Positions 9,611 through 19,562 of a DNA stretch of 64,000 nucleotides are shown piece after piece. Position 1 is the stretch's first letter. Every line of letters begins with the position of its first letter. Source of the stretch: Candidatus Levyibacteriota bacterium (GTDB lineage: Bacteria > Patescibacteriota > Microgenomatia > Levybacterales > UBA12049); NCBI GenBank assembly GCA_016204465.1, contig JACQKQ010000012.1, positions 16,769-80,768 of the forward strand. Direction: 5' to 3'. The position numbers and the translations under genes are program-made. The notes below the pieces were generated by a model. That model worked only from the letters and a program-made list of their open reading frames with translations. It did no database searches and was not told where the DNA came from.

Positions 9611-10668
9611 AATATATTGCTCTTCTTGTGCTTGCTTTTGGAATAGTTTTCTATTTTGGATTAAAAGCAAATCAATCTCTTCCATTACAACCGAGCGCAA
9701 CAGATATTCCTACACCTTCGCAATCACCAGTTCAAAAAGCAACATCAGCAATTTTTGTGCCGTATTGGAGTTTTACAAGAACTACAAATGCTGATGAGTT
9801 TGATCAGGTTTTTTATTTTGGCATTGCGGTAGATGAAACGGGAGTTAATACGCAAGAAATTGGATACAAAAAACTTGCACAATTTGCAAGTACGATTCCA
9901 AAAGAAAAAGAAACGCTTCTTGTTGTGAGAATGATTGATCAGGAAAACAATTTTGCGGTTCTTAAAAATCCTAAAGTGCAGGAAGAGATTATTAACCAAA
10001 CAACCACATTAGCAAAACAGTATAGTTTTGAAGGAATTGCGCTTGATTTAGAAGTATCGAGCCTTCCATTCGAATCAATAACAAAACAGATTACTACCTT
10101 TACGAAACTTTTTTACGATAAAGCAAAAAAAGAAAATCTGCAATTTAATGTACTTTTGTATGGAGATACATTTTCCAAAATTCGACCCTACGATGTTGTT
10201 GAGCTTCGAAATTATACCGACCACATTCTTTTAATGGCATATGATTTTCATAAAGCAAATGGAAATCCTGGCCCAAACTTTCCGTTCAGTGGTAAGGAAA
10301 CGTATGGGTATGATTTCCAGACAATGGTAACAGACTTTTTAAATCTCGTGCCAAAAGAAAAACTGGGCGTTGTGTTTGGGATGTTTGGGTATGATTGGAT
10401 AGTTGATGACCAGAATGAATCGGTAGGTCTTGCAACAAGCCTTAGTCTTAATCAAATGCAGCGGCGTTTTGTAGATGGTTGTAACTTTAGTGATTGTTCA
10501 GCTGTTCGAGATAGTACGTCAGCAGAGATGAAAGTTGAGTACATTGATCAAAGCGGAAAAAAGCATGTGGTTTGGTTTGAGGACAAAGAATCGTATCTAA
10601 AAAAGAAAGAATTTCTAGAGCAAAAAGGAATTACCAACATCTCCTTCTGGGCGTATTCGTATTTTTAG
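9607..10668 (+). CDS. Glycoside hydrolase family 18-like protein with N-terminal membrane anchor
   Basis: FEGIALDLE (degenerate DxxDxDxE region), LLMAYDFH, and a C-terminal block of the FWAY type. Recalled similarity only. Confidence 0.45.
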   Translation: MKYIALLVLAFGIVFYFGLKANQSLPLQPSATDIPTPSQSPVQKATSAIFVPYWSFTRTTNADEFDQVFYFGIAVDETGVNTQEIGYKKLAQFASTIPKEKETLLVVRMIDQENNFAVLKNPKVQEEIINQTTTLAKQYSFEGIALDLEVSSLPFESITKQITTFTKLFYDKAKKENLQFNVLLYGDTFSKIRPYDVVELRNYTDHILLMAYDFHKANGNPGPNFPFSGKETYGYDFQTMVTDFLNLVPKEKLGVVFGMFGYDWIVDDQNESVGLATSLSLNQMQRRFVDGCNFSDCSAVRDSTSAEMKVEYIDQSGKKHVVWFEDKESYLKKKEFLEQKGITNISFWAYSYF

Positions 10669-10889
10669 GTCAGCTTAAAAAAGAAGCCAGAAAGAATAAC
10701 AAGGAAAATGCCAAGAGCAATTGAAGCAATTGGGTCATTGAGAAGCGGCGTTGCGTCGGTAAGCGTCCAGATGCCTCGCCAGACAAGCACAACGCCAATA
10801 ATGCCAACTAGAGAAAAAAGTATTTTGTGGTGTGCCCGTGCACGAATCAGTCTTCTAGGTAAACTCTTTTCCGCAGATTTCTTCCTCAT
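10665..10889 (-). CDS. Small two-helix membrane protein
   Basis: MRKKSAEK... is followed by two hydrophobic segments. An internal Met is chosen so that the gene does not overlap nadE. Confidence 0.35.
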   Translation of the reverse strand: MRKKSAEKSLPRRLIRARAHHKILFSLVGIIGVVLVWRGIWTLTDATPLLNDPIASIALGIFLVILSGFFFKLT

Positions 10890-10912
10890 AAATTCAGTAT
10901 ATATGATGAGCA

Positions 10913-11680
10913 TTATAATGTATATGGTACGTGGTGTTTGAAGGAGTTGCGTTTGACCCAATCAAGAATTATCTCTGCGTTTGCAAGGCCTCGCCTTGCA
11001 AGCTCATCAATACTCACTTTTTTTTCAAAATGCAAGTACAGCACCTGGTCTGCTTCTTGGTAAGTAAATCCAAATTCTCCCTCATCCGTTTGCCTCTGCC
11101 AAAGCCCTGCAGTTGGTTTTTGTTCAATAATTTTTTTGGGGACACCAAGATACTTTGCAAGTTTGTACACTTGGATTTTGTACAAGTGGCGAATCGGTTC
11201 AATGTCCGATGCCTCGTCGCCAAAACGGGTAAAGTAGGCTAAATAATGTTCGGATTTATTCTCTGTTCCAACCACAAGCGCATTTTCTTTTTTGGCAAAA
11301 TCGTACAAAAAAATCATCCTCATTCGAGCCATAATGTTACCCAGCCGAGTATTATTGTTTCCTAATTCGTTATTCCTAATTCCTAATTCATTTGAAACCG
11401 TATCGACAGCGCTTTTAATAGAGATCATTTTCAGATTTACGTCAGGTATACCTGTATATCTTACAAATTCTTTAATTTCTTTTTTGTCAGGTTTATAATA
11501 ATATAAATGTATAGGGAAAATATGTTCTTTTGGCAGTGCGCGGGATAAAAGAAAAAGTGAGGTTGTTGAGTCAATGCCTCCCGAAATACCAATAACTGCT
11601 TTTTGAACACCTTGTTCTGCGAACGTTTTTTTCAGGAAATAAATGATCTGCTCTATTTCTTTTTTCGCGTCTATTTTCAT
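10913..11680 (-). CDS. nadE: NH3-dependent NAD+ synthetase
   Basis: GISGGIDS PP-loop and a conserved NadE C-terminus. Contains a heptamer-repeat insert (ELGIRNNELGNNN). Confidence 0.85.
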   Translation of the reverse strand: MKIDAKKEIEQIIYFLKKTFAEQGVQKAVIGISGGIDSTTSLFLLSRALPKEHIFPIHLYYYKPDKKEIKEFVRYTGIPDVNLKMISIKSAVDTVSNELGIRNNELGNNNTRLGNIMARMRMIFLYDFAKKENALVVGTENKSEHYLAYFTRFGDEASDIEPIRHLYKIQVYKLAKYLGVPKKIIEQKPTAGLWQRQTDEGEFGFTYQEADQVLYLHFEKKVSIDELARRGLANAEIILDWVKRNSFKHHVPYTL

Positions 11681-12246
11681 CTGTACAAATTATGCTCCAT
11701 TATATACTGTTCAACCCCAATTGGTACGAGATGCGTTATCGACTTACCCTTCTTCACCCTCTCTCGAATTATCGTTGAAGAGATGTTCGTTGTGATCAGG
11801 TTTTTGTCTGCAACGACTTCAAACCCTTGTGGAATAGTTTCTGGCAAGCGGTGCGGATCCCTGGGGAAAACGAGAAACGTTGCAAGACTAAGCAGTTGTT
11901 CGGTTTTTTCCCACCGTTCCCATTCGGACAAAATATCAGACCCGACAATAAAATAAAATGTATCGTTTGGCTGAAGTCTTTTAAGTTCCAAAAGAGTATC
12001 TATTGTATATTTTCCACCTCTTCGCTGCATCTCCATATCCGAAATCGTAACTTTTTCACTTTCTAAATAATGCAGCATGTTGAACCGATGTTCTGCTGAC
12101 GCTTGAATCGGTTTCCACTGATGCTCGTACGCTGGCATAAGAAGAATCTGGTTAATATTTTTTCGAATCTCTCTGATTTGCTCAATAACAAAGTAATGGC
12201 CGATGTGCGGCGGATCAAAACTTCCGCCTAAAACAGCAATACTCAT
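11677..12246 (-). CDS. nadD: Nicotinate-nucleotide adenylyltransferase
   Basis: MSIAVLGGSFDPPHIGHY (HxGH motif) and ISSTIIRE. The ORF-track start at 12435 is an upstream extension. Confidence 0.85.
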   Translation of the reverse strand: MSIAVLGGSFDPPHIGHYFVIEQIREIRKNINQILLMPAYEHQWKPIQASAEHRFNMLHYLESEKVTISDMEMQRRGGKYTIDTLLELKRLQPNDTFYFIVGSDILSEWERWEKTEQLLSLATFLVFPRDPHRLPETIPQGFEVVADKNLITTNISSTIIRERVKKGKSITHLVPIGVEQYIMEHNLYR

Positions 12247-12306
12247 CTGCCCAATTATAACAAATTGCAAAAGGATTGCTTTGGGTGTATAATCCGCCCT
12301 ACTTTT

Positions 12307-12900
12307 ATGGTGCAGCGGTTTATTTTGGGTATCATAACGGTTATCTTGGCGATTGTCATCGGCGTTTCTGTGTACAATTCGTTTAAAGAGAGAAATCAAA
12401 CCAAGATTTCTGGTACAATGCCTTTGCCCACGCAAACAGCATCAAAGTTTCCTTCGGTGACGGCGACGCAGCCGTCTCAAGCAACAGTCAGCAAAGTAAA
12501 ACTTTTTTTTGTGAAGCTTAACGACAATGGCCAGTCGGGGAAGCGTATTGGCTGCGGAGACAGTATTATTGCAGTCAACAAAGATATTGCGCCTTCGACC
12601 ATGCCGCTTACCGCAGCATACCAAGTGCTTCTTACAATGCGCGAGCAGTACTATGGCGAGTCTCGTCTCTATAATCCGCTCTACCAATCAGATATCACAC
12701 TTGAGAGCGCAGAGGTAGGCAAAGGCGGTACTGCGATTGTTAAACTGAAAGGAACGCAAGCCATGTCTGGAGTTTGTGATGACCCACGGCTTATAGCGCA
12801 ACTTCAAGAAACTGCGTTACAGTTTCCATCTGTAACAGGTGTTCAGATTTCTATCAATGGTTACCCAATCGAACAATTACTGTCCGGAAAAGGTCAGTAG
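12307..12900 (+). CDS. GerMN-domain (sporulation/germination-like) secreted or anchored protein
   Basis: N-terminal TM helix followed by VKLFFVK...GCGDSIIAV...LTMRE...NPLY..., typical of GerMN domains. Confidence 0.5.
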   Translation: MVQRFILGIITVILAIVIGVSVYNSFKERNQTKISGTMPLPTQTASKFPSVTATQPSQATVSKVKLFFVKLNDNGQSGKRIGCGDSIIAVNKDIAPSTMPLTAAYQVLLTMREQYYGESRLYNPLYQSDITLESAEVGKGGTAIVKLKGTQAMSGVCDDPRLIAQLQETALQFPSVTGVQISINGYPIEQLLSGKGQ

Positions 12901-12937
12901 CTATGGAAGATGACGAGTTCTGTTTTTAATTTGACCC

Positions 12938-12966
12938 TTGACTGATTTTAGTAAATAGTGTATTAT
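12938..12966 (+). promoter_or_regulatory. Putative sigma70-type promoter for tuf
   Basis: TTGACT (12938-12943), a 17-nt spacer ending in TG, and TATTAT (12961-12966). Confidence 0.45.
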
Positions 12967-13007
12967 GGCGTTAACCTTACAAGTTGTAGGGTGATTTTTT
13001 TAATATC

Positions 13008-14195
13008 ATGGCAGACGTTAAGAAATTTGTACGAACAAAACCACATGTAAATATCGGCACCATTGGCCACGTAGACCATGGTAAGACAACTCTTACAGCA
13101 GCAATCGCGACCGTCCTTTCCAAAAAGGGTATGGCGCAAGCAAAAAAATACGAAGATATTGACAATGCTCCAGAAGAAAAAGCACGCGGTGTTACGATTA
13201 ATATCACCCACATTGAATACGAGACCGAAAAGCGCCACTACGCGCACATTGACGCTCCAGGACATGCAGATTACATTAAGAACATGATTACAGGTGCTGC
13301 ACAAATGGATGGTGCAATTTTGGTAGTTTCGGCGCCAGACGGCCCAATGCCACAGACACGGGAGCATATTCTCTTAGCGCACCAGGTAGGAGTTCCGGTA
13401 ATTGTTGTATTTCTTAATAAAGTTGACATGGTGCAGGACGCAGAGCTTTTGGATCTTGTCGAGATGGAAGTAAGGGAGCTTTTAACCAAGTACCAATATC
13501 CAGGTAATGAAGTGCCAATTATTCGAGGGTCCGCTCTGAAGGCACTGGAAGGCGATGCCGAAGCAGAAAAACAAGTTATGCAACTTATGGATACGGTTGA
13601 TAGCTACATTCCAACACCTGCACGTGACGTTGATAAGCCCTTTATGATGGCAGTTGAGGACGTTTTTTCAATCAAGGGCCGAGGAACAGTTGTCACAGGC
13701 CGGGTCGAGAGAGGAAAAGTTAAGGTTAACGAAACAGTTGAGATAGTTGGTATCCGAAATACCAAATCAACTGTTGTTACAGGCGTTGAGATGTTTCGAA
13801 AGCAGCTTGATGAAGCGCAGGCAGGCGACAACGTTGGTTTACTGCTTCGCGGCATTGAAAAAACAGATGTTGAGAGGGGACAAGTTGTCGCAAAACCCGG
13901 CTCAATTACCCCCCACACTGAATTTGAGGCAGAAGTGTATATCTTGACCAAAGAAGAAGGTGGACGCCATACGCCATTCTTCACTGGGTATCGACCACAG
14001 TTTTACATTCGAACAACTGACGTAACAGCCGAGGTTGCCCTTCCGCAGGGTGTTGAGATGGTTATGCCGGGAGACAACACAAAAATGACAGTAAAACTTA
14101 TTGTGCCTGTTGCTTTAGAAGAAGGACTCCGATTTGCTATCCGCGAAGGCGGCAAAACAGTCGGCGCTGGAGTGATCAGTAAGATTATAAAATAA
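13008..14195 (+). CDS. tuf: Translation elongation factor Tu
   Basis: [21 protein letters not shown] and NKVD motifs; 395 aa. Confidence 0.97.
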   Translation: MADVKKFVRTKPHVNIGTIGHVDHGKTTLTAAIATVLSKKGMAQAKKYEDIDNAPEEKARGVTINITHIEYETEKRHYAHIDAPGHADYIKNMITGAAQMDGAILVVSAPDGPMPQTREHILLAHQVGVPVIVVFLNKVDMVQDAELLDLVEMEVRELLTKYQYPGNEVPIIRGSALKALEGDAEAEKQVMQLMDTVDSYIPTPARDVDKPFMMAVEDVFSIKGRGTVVTGRVERGKVKVNETVEIVGIRNTKSTVVTGVEMFRKQLDEAQAGDNVGLLLRGIEKTDVERGQVVAKPGSITPHTEFEAEVYILTKEEGGRHTPFFTGYRPQFYIRTTDVTAEVALPQGVEMVMPGDNTKMTVKLIVPVALEEGLRFAIREGGKTVGAGVISKIIK

Positions 14196-14245
14196 GTGAC
14201 TTAGTTTACCTAGGTTGCTTAAGTACCTCGATAACTAAAACCAGG

Positions 14246-14554
14246 ATGTCAAAAGGAAGAATTAGAGTACGTTTAAAAAGCTACGATAGCCGCGTTATTG
14301 ACGCTTGCTGTCAACAAATCTTAGATACGGCAATACGCACCGGTGCTAAGGTTGTAGGTCCGATCCCCCTTCCTACTCAGCGAAGCGTCTATGCGGTAAA
14401 CAAATCTCCATTCATAGACAAAGATGCCAGAGACCATTTTGAAATTCGTGTCCACAAACGGCTTATAGATATTGTTTCACCAACAGATAAGACAATTGAT
14501 AGTCTCACGCACTTGGAGTTGCCGGCAGGGGTTGACGTTGAAATCAAAATGTAG
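14246..14554 (+). CDS. rpsJ: 30S ribosomal protein S10
   Basis: 102 aa with RIRVRLKSYD...PLPT...HKRLIDI. Confidence 0.95.
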   Translation: MSKGRIRVRLKSYDSRVIDACCQQILDTAIRTGAKVVGPIPLPTQRSVYAVNKSPFIDKDARDHFEIRVHKRLIDIVSPTDKTIDSLTHLELPAGVDVEIKM

Positions 14555-14653
14555 TTGTTTCTGCTCTCAAAGTATAGTATAATAGTAAGTAACCTATGGA
14601 GGTGATAACGGCCTAATTCCTATTTCACGGAATTCACACGAATGGTAAGGTGG

Positions 14654-14678
14654 GTAGCCGAAATAGGCTACTTTTTTT
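14654..14678 (+). terminator. Terminator-like hairpin between rpsJ and rplC
   Basis: GTAGCC-GAAATA-GGCTAC followed by T7, ending 3 nt before the rplC ATG. Confidence 0.5.
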
Positions 14679-14681
14679 GTT

Positions 14682-15314
14682 ATGATTACAGGGTTTATTG
14701 GAACAAAGATTGGACAGACACAAGGTTTTACACAAACTGGGGTACGTATTCCTATTTCCAAAGTGAGTGTAGTCTCACTGCCTATTGTTTCGATCAAGAC
14801 CAAAGAAAAAGACGGTTACACAGCGCTGCAGGTTAGTGTAGGAGCAAAGAAACGAGAAATTCCTATTAAAGAAGATAGTGTAACCATGCCAAACGTCGGT
14901 GACATTCTTAAAATAACAGAAGTAGTAAAACCAGGAGATATTGTTGACGTTACGGGTATTTCGAAGGGGAAGGGGTTTGCAGGAGTTGTCAAGAGGCATC
15001 ACTTTAAAGGTGGGCCGCGAACGCACGGCCAATCAGACAGGGAACGAGCGCCCGGATCAATCGGTCAAACAACAACACCAGGAAGAGTTTATAAAGGAAA
15101 ACGGATGGCTGGTCGAATGGGTCACAATAAGGTAACAGTAAAAAACCTTACGGTTATGGATGCAACAGACAACGAAATTGTCATTAAAGGGCTTATTCCT
15201 GGAATTATCAATGGTATCGTTATGATCAAAAAAGTCGGAGAAAGCAAGAAGTTTTCTCCGCTTTATAAAGTTCAGATTGAAGAAATAAAGGAAGGGATAA
15301 AAGATGCCAGCTAA
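14682..15314 (+). CDS. rplC: 50S ribosomal protein L3
   Basis: GKGFAGVVKRHHFKGGPRTHGQSDRERAPGSIG is the L3 signature. Confidence 0.95.
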   Translation: MITGFIGTKIGQTQGFTQTGVRIPISKVSVVSLPIVSIKTKEKDGYTALQVSVGAKKREIPIKEDSVTMPNVGDILKITEVVKPGDIVDVTGISKGKGFAGVVKRHHFKGGPRTHGQSDRERAPGSIGQTTTPGRVYKGKRMAGRMGHNKVTVKNLTVMDATDNEIVIKGLIPGIINGIVMIKKVGESKKFSPLYKVQIEEIKEGIKDAS

Positions 15315-16053
15315 ACCAAAGTCAAAAATCAAAAGTCAAAAATCAAAGACTAACAAAAAGCCTGTAGCCACTATTGGTACTGTCAAAAAACCTGTTCGCG
15401 CTGCAAAAGGATTGACGGTTGATGTGTACGACATCAAAGGGAGTGTTGCTGGAACTATTTCCTTGCCAAAAGAAATTTTTGCTGCAAAAGTAAACTCGAG
15501 ACTTATGACCCAAGCGGTTCGCGTGTACCTTGCCAATCAGCGAAAGGGTACAGTATCGACAAAAACGCGTGGAGAAGTTATAGGCTCAACGCGTAAAATC
15601 TACCGGCAAAAAGGAACAGGAAGAGCGCGACATGGCGCTATCACAGCCCCAATCTTCGTTGGCGGCGGCGTTGTTTTTGGGCCAAAGCCTCGGGATTATG
15701 CGCTCAAGTTGCCGCAGAAAATGAAAAGAGCAGCACTTTTTTCTGCCATCAGTGCTAAAGTAAGCGATAATGCTGTAAGGGTTATTGCAGACCTTGAGAA
15801 AATTGCACCAAAAACAAAATCAATGGCAGCACTCGTTGATAAATTGCAGCTTGATTCTAACAAGAAGGTGCTTTTGGTTCTTCCTCAAAATGTTGATAAT
15901 GTGCTTCGCGCAGCGCGAAACATTCCAAATATTGAGATCATGCATGTTACCCAGCTTACTACTTACAAAGTACTTGAGAGCGTTTACATTCTTTTTATGC
16001 AGCAAGCACTAGATGCATTTTTAAAGCTGCGCAAAAAGGAGGAGAAGCAGTAA
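15304..16053 (+). CDS. rplD: 50S ribosomal protein L4 (Lys-rich N-terminal extension)
   Basis: [13 protein letters not shown]...[10 protein letters not shown] is the L4 core. The N-terminal [12 protein letters not shown] is encoded by a 14-nt tandem repeat at 15321-15348. Confidence 0.93.
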   Translation: MPAKPKSKIKSQKSKTNKKPVATIGTVKKPVRAAKGLTVDVYDIKGSVAGTISLPKEIFAAKVNSRLMTQAVRVYLANQRKGTVSTKTRGEVIGSTRKIYRQKGTGRARHGAITAPIFVGGGVVFGPKPRDYALKLPQKMKRAALFSAISAKVSDNAVRVIADLEKIAPKTKSMAALVDKLQLDSNKKVLLVLPQNVDNVLRAARNIPNIEIMHVTQLTTYKVLESVYILFMQQALDAFLKLRKKEEKQ

Positions 16054-16349
16054 TGCAACAAGATGTTATTATTCGGCCGCTTATTACCGAACAGGCAACA
16101 AAAAAAGCAGAAAAGGGAAAGTTTACGTTCCACGTTGAAATTGGCGCCAATAAAACGGCAATCAAAAAAGCAATCGAAAAATCATTCTTGGTTCATGTGA
16201 CCGACGTTGCGACAATTATAGTCAAAGGACGCACTAAACGCACTGGTATGCGAAGGACAGAAAAGAAGCTTTCACCCTGGAAAAAAGCTGTGGTCACACT
16301 TAAAAAAGATGAAAAGATCGATCTTTTTCATGTTGGAGTAGATAAATAG
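16053..16349 (+). CDS. rplW: 50S ribosomal protein L23
   Basis: 98 aa in the conserved position, with [10 protein letters not shown]... as the L23 N-terminus. Confidence 0.9.
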   Translation: MQQDVIIRPLITEQATKKAEKGKFTFHVEIGANKTAIKKAIEKSFLVHVTDVATIIVKGRTKRTGMRRTEKKLSPWKKAVVTLKKDEKIDLFHVGVDK

Positions 16350-16350
16350 T

Positions 16351-17091
16351 ATGGTTAAGTTAAAAGTGATTAAAAAGAAAAAATCAGGAAGAGACAGAAG
16401 CGGACAGGTTGTGGTGCGCCATCAGGGCGGAGAGCATAAACGGTTTTTGCGGACAGTAGACTTCAAGCGCGATAAAATTGGCATCTTGGGCAAAATTGTT
16501 TCAATAGAATACGATCCAAACCGCACCGTATCAATTGCGCTTGTGCAATATGCCGACGGCGAGAAGCGGTACATACTTTGTCCGCAGGGGCTTGCGCTTC
16601 GGGACAAGGTTATATCTGGAAAAGACGCAGACATTAAGGTTGGTAACGCACTTGCCTTGTCGGCGATACCCCTTGGCACGGTCGTACACAATATTGAGTT
16701 AACACCTGGCCGAGGAGGGCAAATGGCACGAAGTGCCGGCACAGCAGCGACGGTTGCTGCTCATGAAGGCGGATATATACATCTTAAATTGCCATCTGGC
16801 GAGATTCGGCGAGTCAGTTCAGGCGGGTTTGCAACTATTGGACAACTTGGGAATATTAATTGGAAAGACAGGGTTATTGGCAAAGCAGGCCGCAGCCGAC
16901 GTATGGGTATTAGGCCGAAGGTTCGCGGTGTTGCAATGAATCCGCGCTCTCACCCACACGGTGGAGGAGAAGCACGAAGCGGCATTGGCATGACAACGCC
17001 AAAAACCTATGCAGGCAGACCTGCTGTTGGGAACACACGAAAAGCCAACAAATATTCGGACAAATACATTTTGCAAAGGAGAAAAAAATAG
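16351..17091 (+). CDS. rplB: 50S ribosomal protein L2
   Basis: [18 protein letters not shown] and [12 protein letters not shown] motifs. Confidence 0.95.
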   Translation: MVKLKVIKKKKSGRDRSGQVVVRHQGGEHKRFLRTVDFKRDKIGILGKIVSIEYDPNRTVSIALVQYADGEKRYILCPQGLALRDKVISGKDADIKVGNALALSAIPLGTVVHNIELTPGRGGQMARSAGTAATVAAHEGGYIHLKLPSGEIRRVSSGGFATIGQLGNINWKDRVIGKAGRSRRMGIRPKVRGVAMNPRSHPHGGGEARSGIGMTTPKTYAGRPAVGNTRKANKYSDKYILQRRKK

Positions 17092-17375
17092 TGAGTAGGA
17101 GTGCAAAGAAGGGTCCTTATGTAGATCAAAAGCTTCTAAAGAAGGTGCTCGTACAAAAGCAGGTAGGCGACCGTGGGTCTATAAAAACATGGGCAAGGGC
17201 CAGTCAAATTCCGCCTGAATTTGTAGGCCATACGATTGCAGTCCATAACGGCCGGATTTTTATCAACGTATTTGTTGTTGAGGCAATGGTTGGGTATAGG
17301 CTTGGTGAATTTGCGCCAACAAGGACATTTCGATCACATGGTAAAGTTGTTGCTAGGGAAATCTCTAAAACGTAA
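17091..17375 (+). CDS. rpsS: 30S ribosomal protein S19 (GTG start)
   Basis: [11 protein letters not shown]...GHTIAVHNG. Confidence 0.93.
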   Translation: MSRSAKKGPYVDQKLLKKVLVQKQVGDRGSIKTWARASQIPPEFVGHTIAVHNGRIFINVFVVEAMVGYRLGEFAPTRTFRSHGKVVAREISKT

Positions 17376-17417
17376 TTCCTAAAACAATGAACAAATAATT
17401 AATAACTTTTTTAGAGT

Positions 17418-17804
17418 ATGGAAGTTACAGCATATACAAAATCAGTTCGCATCAGTCCACGAAAGGTTCGGCTTATCGCCGATGTAATTCGGGAAAAAAC
17501 AGCAGATGATGCATTGCGGCTTCTTGCAGCGGTGCAAAAGCGCGCTGCCAACCCGCTTGAGAAAACGATAAAAAGTGCAATTGCAAATGCAGTGCATAAT
17601 AAAAAAATTGCAAAAGAGAACCTTGTTATAAAACGGCTTGAAGTAACAGAAGGAACTGCGCTTAAGCGCTACCATCCATCAACAAGAGGAAGGATTCATC
17701 CGTATAAAAAACGAAGCAGCCACATTAAAATTGTCTTAACAGACAACAAAAATCAAAAATCAAAAATCTCGCCTCGCGGCAAAGCAGGCAAATTGCAAAT
17801 ATGA
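17418..17804 (+). CDS. rplV: 50S ribosomal protein L22 (repeat-encoded C-terminal tail)
   Basis: RISPRKVRLIADVIR is the L22 core. The tail NKNQKSKISPRGKAGKLQI is encoded by CAAAAAT x3 plus a GC-rich element. Confidence 0.92.
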   Translation: MEVTAYTKSVRISPRKVRLIADVIREKTADDALRLLAAVQKRAANPLEKTIKSAIANAVHNKKIAKENLVIKRLEVTEGTALKRYHPSTRGRIHPYKKRSSHIKIVLTDNKNQKSKISPRGKAGKLQI

Positions 17805-17843
17805 GATTACGTATTGGAAATTCAGCGACGAAAGGAGCGTTAT

Positions 17844-18494
17844 ATGGGACAGAAAGTTAATCCGCAGTTGCTGCGGCTTGGCCCGGTATACAACTGGGAC
17901 AGCCGTTGGTTTGCAAAGAAGCGGTACAAGGACATTTTGCTTGAGGACTACCATATTCGAAAAGCATTGCTTGCGCGGCTAAGATTGGCCGGAATTTCCC
18001 GTGTTGAGATTGAACGTTCAATCAACAGTATCAAAATTACGGCATATGTCTCAAGGCCAGGTATTGTTATTGGTAGAGCTGGCAGCGGACTTGAAGAGTT
18101 AAAAAAGTTTCTCATAATAGTAATGGATCAGTTTCAAAAAAACGTAAAACAAAAGCCAAAGGTTGACATTCGAGTTGAACCGGTGAAAGAGCCTAATCTC
18201 GACGCATACTTGGTTGCTAAAAATATTGCAGACCAGTTGGTACGGCGTTTACCCTACAAGCGAATCCTCGCACAAGCATCTGAAAAAGTTATGACCTCTG
18301 GTGCCAAGGGCGTAAGAATTCTGCTGTCTGGAAGAATTGCGGGCGCAGAGATCGGAAGACGGGAAAAAATCCAGAAAGGAACCGTACCGCTCTCAACAAT
18401 ACGGGAGCATATCCAGTTTGCATCGGTTGCGGCGCTTACAAAAAAAGGATACATCGGTATTAAAGTTTGGATACATAGGCCGGAGGAAAAATAA
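17844..18494 (+). CDS. rpsC: 30S ribosomal protein S3
   Basis: MGQKVNPQLLRLG with an AAAGGAG SD sequence upstream. KH and S3-C domains. Confidence 0.95.
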   Translation: MGQKVNPQLLRLGPVYNWDSRWFAKKRYKDILLEDYHIRKALLARLRLAGISRVEIERSINSIKITAYVSRPGIVIGRAGSGLEELKKFLIIVMDQFQKNVKQKPKVDIRVEPVKEPNLDAYLVAKNIADQLVRRLPYKRILAQASEKVMTSGAKGVRILLSGRIAGAEIGRREKIQKGTVPLSTIREHIQFASVAALTKKGYIGIKVWIHRPEEK

Positions 18495-18527
18495 ATATAT
18501 GAATAATTACCGACTATTGGGAGGTTT

Positions 18528-18932
18528 ATGTTAGTTCCAAAACGAGCAAAATACAGAAAGCAAATGCGTGGGACAATGAAAGGTATTGCATATAGAGGCA
18601 CTAAAATTACATTTGGTGAATATGGCCTTTCGTCAACGACGGGAGGTTGGGTAACCGCCCATCAAATTGAGGCAGCACGGCGGGCAATTACCCATTTTAC
18701 GCAGCGTGGTGGAAGACTTTGGATACGGATTTTTCCTGATAAGCCTATTACCAAAAAACCTCCGGAAACGCGCATGGGCAGCGGTAAGGGAGACGTGTAC
18801 GAATACGTTGCGGTGGTAAAGCCGGGAAGGGTGCTTTTTGAAATTGGAGGGGTTCCAAAGACGATAGCCGAAGCCGCCTTACTACTTGCAGCACACAAAT
18901 TACCGGTACGAACCCGCTTTATTATGAAGTAA
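18528..18932 (+). CDS. rplP: 50S ribosomal protein L16
   Basis: [15 protein letters not shown]... with a GGGAGG SD sequence upstream. Confidence 0.95.
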   Translation: MLVPKRAKYRKQMRGTMKGIAYRGTKITFGEYGLSSTTGGWVTAHQIEAARRAITHFTQRGGRLWIRIFPDKPITKKPPETRMGSGKGDVYEYVAVVKPGRVLFEIGGVPKTIAEAALLLAAHKLPVRTRFIMK

Positions 18933-18936
18933 ACAA

Positions 18937-19143
18937 ATGAAAACAAAAGACAAAAAAGACCTACATACAAAGACAGTAGAAGAATTGAGAGCAATACTCA
19001 AGGAGGCAAAAGCAGCGCTTTCGCTTATAAAACTTGAGAAAACGCAGCTCATGTTGAAAAACACAAGTTCGTACGCGCGAAAGCGAAAAGAAGTTGCTCA
19101 AATTGGTACAATATTGCGAGAAAAAGAGCTGACAAAAAAATAA
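18937..19143 (+). CDS. rpmC: 50S ribosomal protein L29
   Basis: 68 aa, helical and Lys/Glu-rich, in the conserved slot between rplP and rpsQ. Confidence 0.85.
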   Translation: MKTKDKKDLHTKTVEELRAILKEAKAALSLIKLEKTQLMLKNTSSYARKRKEVAQIGTILREKELTKK

Positions 19144-19146
19144 CCT

Positions 19147-19557
19147 ATGAAAAAATTTGATGGCATTGTTGTTTCGGCAAAAACACAAAATACAGCGATA
19201 GTTTCGGTGTCTCGAAAGATTAGGCATCCACTTTACAAGAAACTTTTAACAAGAACGAAAAATTTTAAGGCTGATACAGACGGTATTGCAGTTACAATTG
19301 GGCAAACAGTGCAGATTATGGAAACACGACCAATTTCTAAAGACAAACACTTTAAAATACTTAAAGTTGTTGATAAGACACCACGCATCAAACTTATAGG
19401 CGAAGAGAAAGCAATGCACGATGTATTGGGCGAGGACAAAAAGATTGCAATCAGTAAAGACGCTGTTTTACATACTGTTGACGCTAAAAAGAAAAAACAA
19501 AGAAGAACAACCCGCCTTGCCGCGAGGCAGGTGGTTGTAAGGAAAAGAAAGGAGTAA
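19147..19557 (+). CDS. rpsQ: 30S ribosomal protein S17 (about 60-aa C-terminal extension)
   Basis: The S17 core is GIVVSAKTQNTAIVSV...HPLYKK...ETRPISKDKHF. The extension contains the GC-rich element at 19511-19532. Confidence 0.9.
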   Translation: MKKFDGIVVSAKTQNTAIVSVSRKIRHPLYKKLLTRTKNFKADTDGIAVTIGQTVQIMETRPISKDKHFKILKVVDKTPRIKLIGEEKAMHDVLGEDKKIAISKDAVLHTVDAKKKKQRRTTRLAARQVVVRKRKE

Positions 19558-19562
19558 ATTTA

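Noticed and set aside
11677-12435. Long N-terminal extensions given by the ORF track (nadD to 12435, recA from 35968, epimerase to 52488, GT39 from 62267, PPAT-DUF359 from 58265, rpsK from 27549, adk from 24633)
   Set aside because: In each case an internal ATG matches the conserved protein N-terminus. That start usually has an SD sequence or stop/start coupling, and it removes an implausible overlap with the neighbouring gene.
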